NCBI RefSeq assembly: GCF_009914755.1
Contig: NC_060931.1
Length of the DNA: 64,000 nt
DNA from: the human T2T-CHM13v2.0 reference genome, Homo sapiens
Direction: 5' to 3' (one strand)
In this document: one piece after another, positions 57,789-64,000 of the stretch
Layout of the letters: every line of letters starts with the position of its first letter
Position numbering within the stretch: the stretch's first letter is position 1
Translations under genes and position numbers: made by a program
Notes under the pieces: model-generated
Seen by the model: the letters and a program-made list of their open reading frames with translations, nothing else
The model's database searches: none
What the model was told of the DNA's origin: nothing

Positions 57789-59699
57789 CTCGCTGATGTA
57801 AAATGGAACTCAGCAGGTCCCACCATCTAGTGATGGAGATAATATTGCACCTGGGACTGCACATCCAGCTGAGGGTGAGAGTGGGACTGAAATCCAGCCC
57901 GTATTCTGTTTACCAAACTCTTTGCCCTGGCATGGGCCTGTGATCCACCTGCAGAAAGGAAAGCTGTTTTTCAAATTTGCACAAGAATAGCAAATAGGTT
58001 AGCAGTGGCCCTGATTACACTACCCCAATATTACAACAGATGCCAAAAAAATACAAGCGTTATAGGATCTGAGCTTACACACCACAGTTATTTTTTGATG
58101 TGGAAAAGAAAGCACACCAGAAAAATAAGGCAATATAGAGCAGCCAGATTTTGCAATAGATAATAATCCATTTTGGGAGAGGGAGGTGATTCTTAATGCA
58201 AATATAGTTTTTGCCAATCCATTCAAAGCAATTTTCCAAGATCTTCTGCAGCAATAATGAGTGTGTGCTTTATGATGAGTTTTTCTTCTATTTTCAGAGG
58301 AGAGTTCATCTTTTTGCCTAACAGAGATGTGGCCTTGTCTAATTGTGACTTTTGCCATCTTTGCTTATTGCTGGTGTTATCACTGGCTAATTGCTTTGCT
58401 TATCACTGGCTGTGCCTGACTCAGAGAGCATTTTTACTTGACCAGAATCTTCTGTTTCAAACCCAGCTCTGTGTGAGTGAATCTCATAGACTCCTCAGTG
58501 CTCCCCACTGGAAGGATTGACCTGGGTGTGATGTATCCAGTTATTGCAGTTTGGAATTTCAATTGGTGTTGAGGCTCCTGCTTCCCACATTTACAATGGA
58601 CACGTCGACTTTGCTGAACATGTTTCCTGCACTTGCTCGTGCTTCTGCCCAAGGGTTTTTATGTTCTTTTCTCTTCCACAAACTGTGGTTTGCATGTTTT
58701 CCATCTGACTGCTTAATAGCAGGATGCCTTTCTCCACCTCATGAACAAATTGAATTTTCTGATCGTAGGTTATTTACTAAGTCTTTCAAATCCTATAACT
58801 TGTCCTATAACTTGCAGCATGAAAGAGCTGTAGTCTTGCATAACTGAACTTCAATCAAGAACCCTTTTAGTTCTAACAGCTACATGGCATTATGAAAACA
58901 CCTTTAGAGGTTTTTCTTTCTTAACAATTGTTAACCTCCCAAAAATCACAGCAAGTTAAGGCTGGACAAGGCCTTAAAGGTCATCCCAAAGTAGCACCTC
59001 ATGTCTGTAGCTTGCAGACTACAATATCTTGCCATGATGTGATGGGGCAAAATTATTTTAAGGAGGACCTCAAATATGTCCACTCTCTCATCACAGCTTT
59101 CCTTGAAATGGGAGGAGGCATACGGATGGTGAAGAGCAGTGATGCCTTGATGAATATCCTGGCATGTATTTGAGATTTTCTTTTGTTACCTTTTTCCTAA
59201 TTTTTAATAGCTATTTTCCTGGCCTTAACTCTAACCTTGGGTGCCCTGCAGATACAGTTGGTAAGAGATGGCAATTTGGGCAAAAACACACTTTGAACTC
59301 AACAAAATGTGGTGAGAATCTCATGCACCAGATGGATTCTCCTATTTTCTGCAGACTAGGAATGGGGATGACAGTTTCACATTCTGACAATAGACAGAGA
59401 GCACTACTGTGTGGGCAAATGAGTAGATCATCAAGGAGCCCTTCCATTCCAGGTGGCTGCTTTTATATTTATTTAAGTTGAGGATTAAAATAGATGGACA
59501 AGCCCATTTGGCTTTCTGCAGATGAGAAACAATTTTGTTCACTATTATAAAGTTTCTCTTGACAACATGTAACTTGTTACCACATTGCCATTCATGTTCC
59601 TAACTTCAAATTTAATCCTTCAACTTATATAATGACTTCTTGAATTTTAATGATTTAGTCACAGAGATTTTTATAATTGGAACCATTTGAAATAACTGA

Positions 59700-59900
59700 A
59701 TAGTGGTTTTGGGGGTCAGACAAACCTAGGTTTAAATCCCACTGACTAGCTCTGTGACCTCAATCAAGTTATTTCATGATCTAAACTTCAATGTGCCCCC
59801 ATCCGAAAGAGTTGGGCTGATAATACCGCATAAAAGTGTTGAAAGGGATAAATAAGATAAATGTACAAAAAAACTAATATAGTGTCTGATACATAATGAA
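59700..59900 (+). mobile_element. MIR
   Basis: gggtcagacaaacctaggtttaaatccc...ctagctctgtgacctcaatcaagttattt...atagtgtctgatacataat. Confidence 0.8.
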
Positions 59901-62900
59901 TCTAGATCCTTCCAAACATTTCTCTCTTTCTCTTGACTTTCTTATATAGTAAGAACTCTAGTATAACATTCAATATTTTTTTCAAGTTAAAAAAATTGTC
60001 CATGAAGATTGCTACTATTTTGCATATTTTCTCCAGCGCAGTACTTTTGTCCCTTGTGAGCCAAATACTGAGGTTCATATTTTGGAGTGTTGTGAGTAGG
60101 CCTGTTTCTCTCAGCACCCCTCCCAGTGCTAGATTCTGCATTGGTACAAGGAGAGTTCAGCAGGATTTCAGGTTCTAATCAATCAAAGGAATCATTGCTT
60201 CCAAATCTGAACTCCTCCTACCCTCTGTCATGAGGACAACTGAAAATACAGGAACTTTCTAACTCACCACTCTGACATTTGTGGGTGTCAGTTCTTTTAG
60301 CTGATGCCTTGATTTCAGAGATGTCATCCCATATTGTCTTGTATTATTTGATTCTCTCCCCATCCCTTTTATAGATGTTCTCTGTCCTTCCACTTGGTGT
60401 AGAAACTGGCAAAACAGTTCATCATCAGCCTTTTTCCACCTTGTTGATTGTGATTCAATGGCAAACACTGCTGGCCAGTATCTGGAGACATGGGAGGTGT
60501 TGGAGGGATTTATTTTATTTTATTTTTAATGTAATCATTTTGGAGCTCTGCTGAAAATTGTTGAAGAGAAAATGCAAATGTTCATCTTGGCAAATGCTAA
60601 CATTTGTTGAGCATATCTAAGGAGTAGATAAGTAAAATTTCTTTGTTAAATCCTCAGTGTTGTGTCTGGAGACATATGTTTGCCTTTCCCTTCTCTCCCC
60701 CATGTGTGGAGACCTCTGTGTGAAGGGTCCAGCGTGTCACAACTGCTTTTGAGTCTGGATTCTCTTTTCTGTCTAGAGAATGCTGTGTGTGCCATGGAAC
60801 CTTCTGGTAATGTAGCCATGTGCTCTGTGGACCCGTTCTCAGAATCATCTTTTTTAACAAGAATAAAATACAGTACATAATATGATGTCAAGGGAAACCA
60901 ATTACATGAAAATACAGTTATCAAAGTATTTTATTATGATAATTGCCTCTTCATTAATGCATAAAATAATAAGATCTTATAGCAGGTTTAATAATTACTA
61001 TAATTCCAGAACTGTGAGGGATAGAAATAATAATTTGAAGACATCTGAAACAGCAAAATAGCATTAAAATATCTGTAATTTTTATTAGTGACAAAGTCAT
61101 AAGTATTACTAACATGACTATAGTTTGTTTCCCACATTTGTGATAGAAAGAATGCTAAATTTCAGAGATTATCAAAAATAAAGATTAAAGATGTCTCTTT
61201 TTTTCATCCACCTTCATGGAGCTCCCTGAATTCTATCTCCATGCTTCCTTAGATGTTCATGGCCGGCAGCTTAAGAATCCTAAGACCTCAACTCTCAGCA
61301 TGTGAACCAAACTCTCCAGTTAGAGATTCCCACCCTCTGACCTCTCTTGTTGCCAAAGATGCAAGGATTCCAGGGTCAATTCCCTGCCAATGGCAAGAGG
61401 CAAAATCTGAACACTCAAAACCAAAGCTGTACTTAAGAGAAGGGCCTTTGTCTTTGCTGACAATGGAAGGGATTCATTGAAAAGATCATTACGTACCTTT
61501 AATGTTTGGTTAATGTGCCTTTGAAGGTTCTGGAGCACACCACTAGAGGAATTCATCCCCCACTGCACAGCAAATATTGAAAGAAAAAAGGCAGATCAAT
61601 GTATTTATTTCATGGAGATAAACACTTTCCCAGTCTATGTCTCAGCAGCAGCGAAGGCCCTCATGCTACACCATGCTGTAGGCGGCCTGGAGGGAGAGAG
61701 AGAGGACTTGGGATTTTCCTGCAGGACACAGGCTGGCTGTTCCCAGCACTACCTTCTGTCTGTTTGTTCTCTGGTGTTTGTTTTTCTATCCCCATCCCTC
61801 CTCCTTCTCAGTCTGGCTCCGCTTCAGCTCTGAATTGGAGCACCAAACGGCTGAGACTGACTTCTTCTATGAAACCCTCCTGAAGCCACCCTAGGCTCTG
61901 CCAGGAGGAGACAGGAGTCACACCGCTGGGCATAGTCACCGCCACCTTCCTCCTTCCACTTTCCTCATACACCGAAGGTTCCCACCTCAGCTCCTGCCAA
62001 GCCCTGACAGCTCTGGAAAAGCAAAGAGGCTTCCTTTGACTCCCTCGCAGGTCTCCATGCTGTGCGCGGCTGCCAAGCCACAGGGCCAGCTCTAGGAATG
62101 TGTTTTTAATATTCATTGTTCACTCTGTCTGTTCCTGATGTGTGCGCTGCAATTATTGTAATTCTTTGCACATGTGTTGTTATGAAATGGGTGCCTTTTA
62201 AGCTATGCCAGGATATTTTTTTTTCCGAAACCCAAATATATTATTTCTACCTATGTTTCAGTTAGTTTGCCATGCTTCTTTATTTTATTTCAAAGATCAG
62301 TCTGGGCGGCAAAGAAAGAGTGCAGTGTGCACAAAGCAAGGTTCGCCTGCTTTCCTCATGGTAGAACAGTTGCTTTTGATTTAGGTTTGTGTGGTTTCCA
62401 CCTCACTCTCTTGTTTTCTTCTTTCCATGTGCACAACTGAGCTGACTTTCAGACATACACAGCCCACATGTGCTGCTCCTGGAGTAGCCATCTGCACCCA
62501 GGAGAAAGGCACACATGCAGCGTGCAGAACACAGACATGCACACATGTGCATGCAGACAGCATTTGGGTGGAAGATTTCTTAATATTCATCTTGTATCCC
62601 TCTTAGTGGTGAGGAGGGAAAAGAAGTCTAGAAAAACTCCTTTCTTTTCTTTCTTCTTTTTTCTTTCTTTCTTGCTTTCTTTCTTCTAATTGAGGCTTTT
62701 CTGACACAATGTAGAAACTTCAGTCACCAGGGCACAAAAAGCATTATGTTTCTTCATTAATTCAGATTGAGGTGTTTTTTTTTCCTTGTCTTTTTTTTTT
62801 TAATCCAAGAAAAATAACAGATGTAAATCTGAAAGGCCAGATTTTAACATCCACTGACACATTTTAAGTTTCTTACGACAAGACAAAAACTTAGTAAATT

Positions 62901-63975
62901 AAGAATGACTATTGTATCACCTTTGAGAAGTTAGTCTTGAGATTCACAGAAGCTAAATTAAGAATAAAACGGCAGAGGAGTCCACCTGGCAAACACCACC
63001 AACTATCCCCATATACAGATTCCTTTCTTTAGAGATTCTCGGGCCACTGTCTGTTTTTGCTAGCAGAGAAATCTGACACAGTCACACCCCTGCCTGCTAA
63101 GCATTTTACTTTCATTGTTAACCATATCCATTTGTCACCATGAAACAGTATTATTTTAAGGTAGCAGGGAGGCAGGACTGCTTGTTGCATAATGGTGCTC
63201 TAGCTCTCATTGCCAAGAAGGAATCAAAGAAATGGACGGTGGTTAATGTGGGAAATCACACCAGAGAGAAAGAAACATGCAGAGAGAGACAGAGACAGGG
63301 TGTTGGTGGGAGGGAGGAAAGGGTAAAGAGAAATAGATAGACACAGACAGGCAGGGAGAAAGATATTGAGAGACAAAAAACAGAGATGAGACCTGCACAG
63401 AAAGGCTAGAATTTCCATGAAAAGATTTATAAAAGGATGATCTAGCTGTTGCTAGGGAGCTGGGAGAAGAGCAGACACACCCTCCACCTGATTTTCTGTA
63501 TCGATCTGCATGTCTCTGTTTGCATCGTCTCTCCAGTGAGGGGGCTGGAGAAAGAGGAAAAGACATTTGACAAAACGGCCTTCTTAGAAACAGACTGCTC
63601 TACAGCACACTTTGTGCAGAGTGAATTTGAGCTGCTGTGTTGGGAGCATGTCTGAGGTCAAAGGGCACAGTCCCACACCCGAAAGTTGCAAGGCCAAGGC
63701 TGTACTCATCAAGCTATGTATGGGGAACAACCCACTCTCCTGTATGACAGCTCTTGGATGTGTGACCCAGACCAGGTGGGTCCTACCTTCCCCTGACTAA
63801 AGGACTGTATTGTGGTGACCTATTTGTGTAAACAGGGAGCTTGGTCTTATTGTTGCACAGGCCTGGAGTTGGGAAGAGGAATCTATACTGCCAGAAACCA
63901 GCAATGGCTCTGGGTGAGATTGGTGGGAAGTGGGATGGAAGTCATTGCCACTCCAGGATCACCTGCGTGGCAGCC

Positions 63976-64000
63976 TGTATGGGTCAGGGTTCTCTAGAGA
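63976..64000 (-). mobile_element. MLT2 (ERVL) LTR end, cut by the window edge
   Basis: tgtatgggtcagggttctctagaga resembles the reverse-complement MLT2A/B terminus tgtattagtcagggttctctagag. Confidence 0.55.

Noticed and set aside
57344-57826. 160-aa minus-strand ORF
   Set aside because: Runs across two nested LTRs; chance ORF
57818-57836. CTCF-like motif (tcactagatggtgg, minus strand)
   Set aside because: Mismatches at two core positions; cannot be supported without ChIP data
62505-62560. p53-like or Z-DNA-like catg/tgca cluster
   Set aside because: Half-sites are imperfect; better explained as a decayed (CA)n-type repeat

Overview
Primate (very probably human) non-coding genomic DNA, intergenic or deep intronic. 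I see no credible host protein-coding exon, RNA gene or CRISPR-like array. The long ORFs with recognisable homology are broken LINE-1 ORF1/ORF2 pieces; the rest are Alu/LTR-derived or chance ORFs. Two full-length, inactivated + strand L1s dominate, both with recognisable target-site duplications (TSDs): an L1PA3-type at 2613-8821 and an L1PB1-type at 23078-29903. Around them are four Alus, many solo LTRs (LTR1-like, LTR47-like, MST, MLT1, LTR16, LTR33, MLT2), hAT and Ricksha-like DNA transposon relics, and old L1M, L2 and MIR fragments. I found no convincing new biological system. The most interesting items are smaller: a probable short 3' transduction and a retained ZNF93-target segment in the L1PA3; two unexplained dispersed local duplications (13071/14602 and 30995/33012); a perfect 57-bp duplication of a hairpin; a perfect 14-bp triplication; and a double inverted repeat with two AP-1 sites beside a candidate non-coding exon at about 54 kb. 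Repeat subfamily names come from my memory of consensus sequences and need RepeatMasker/Dfam confirmation.
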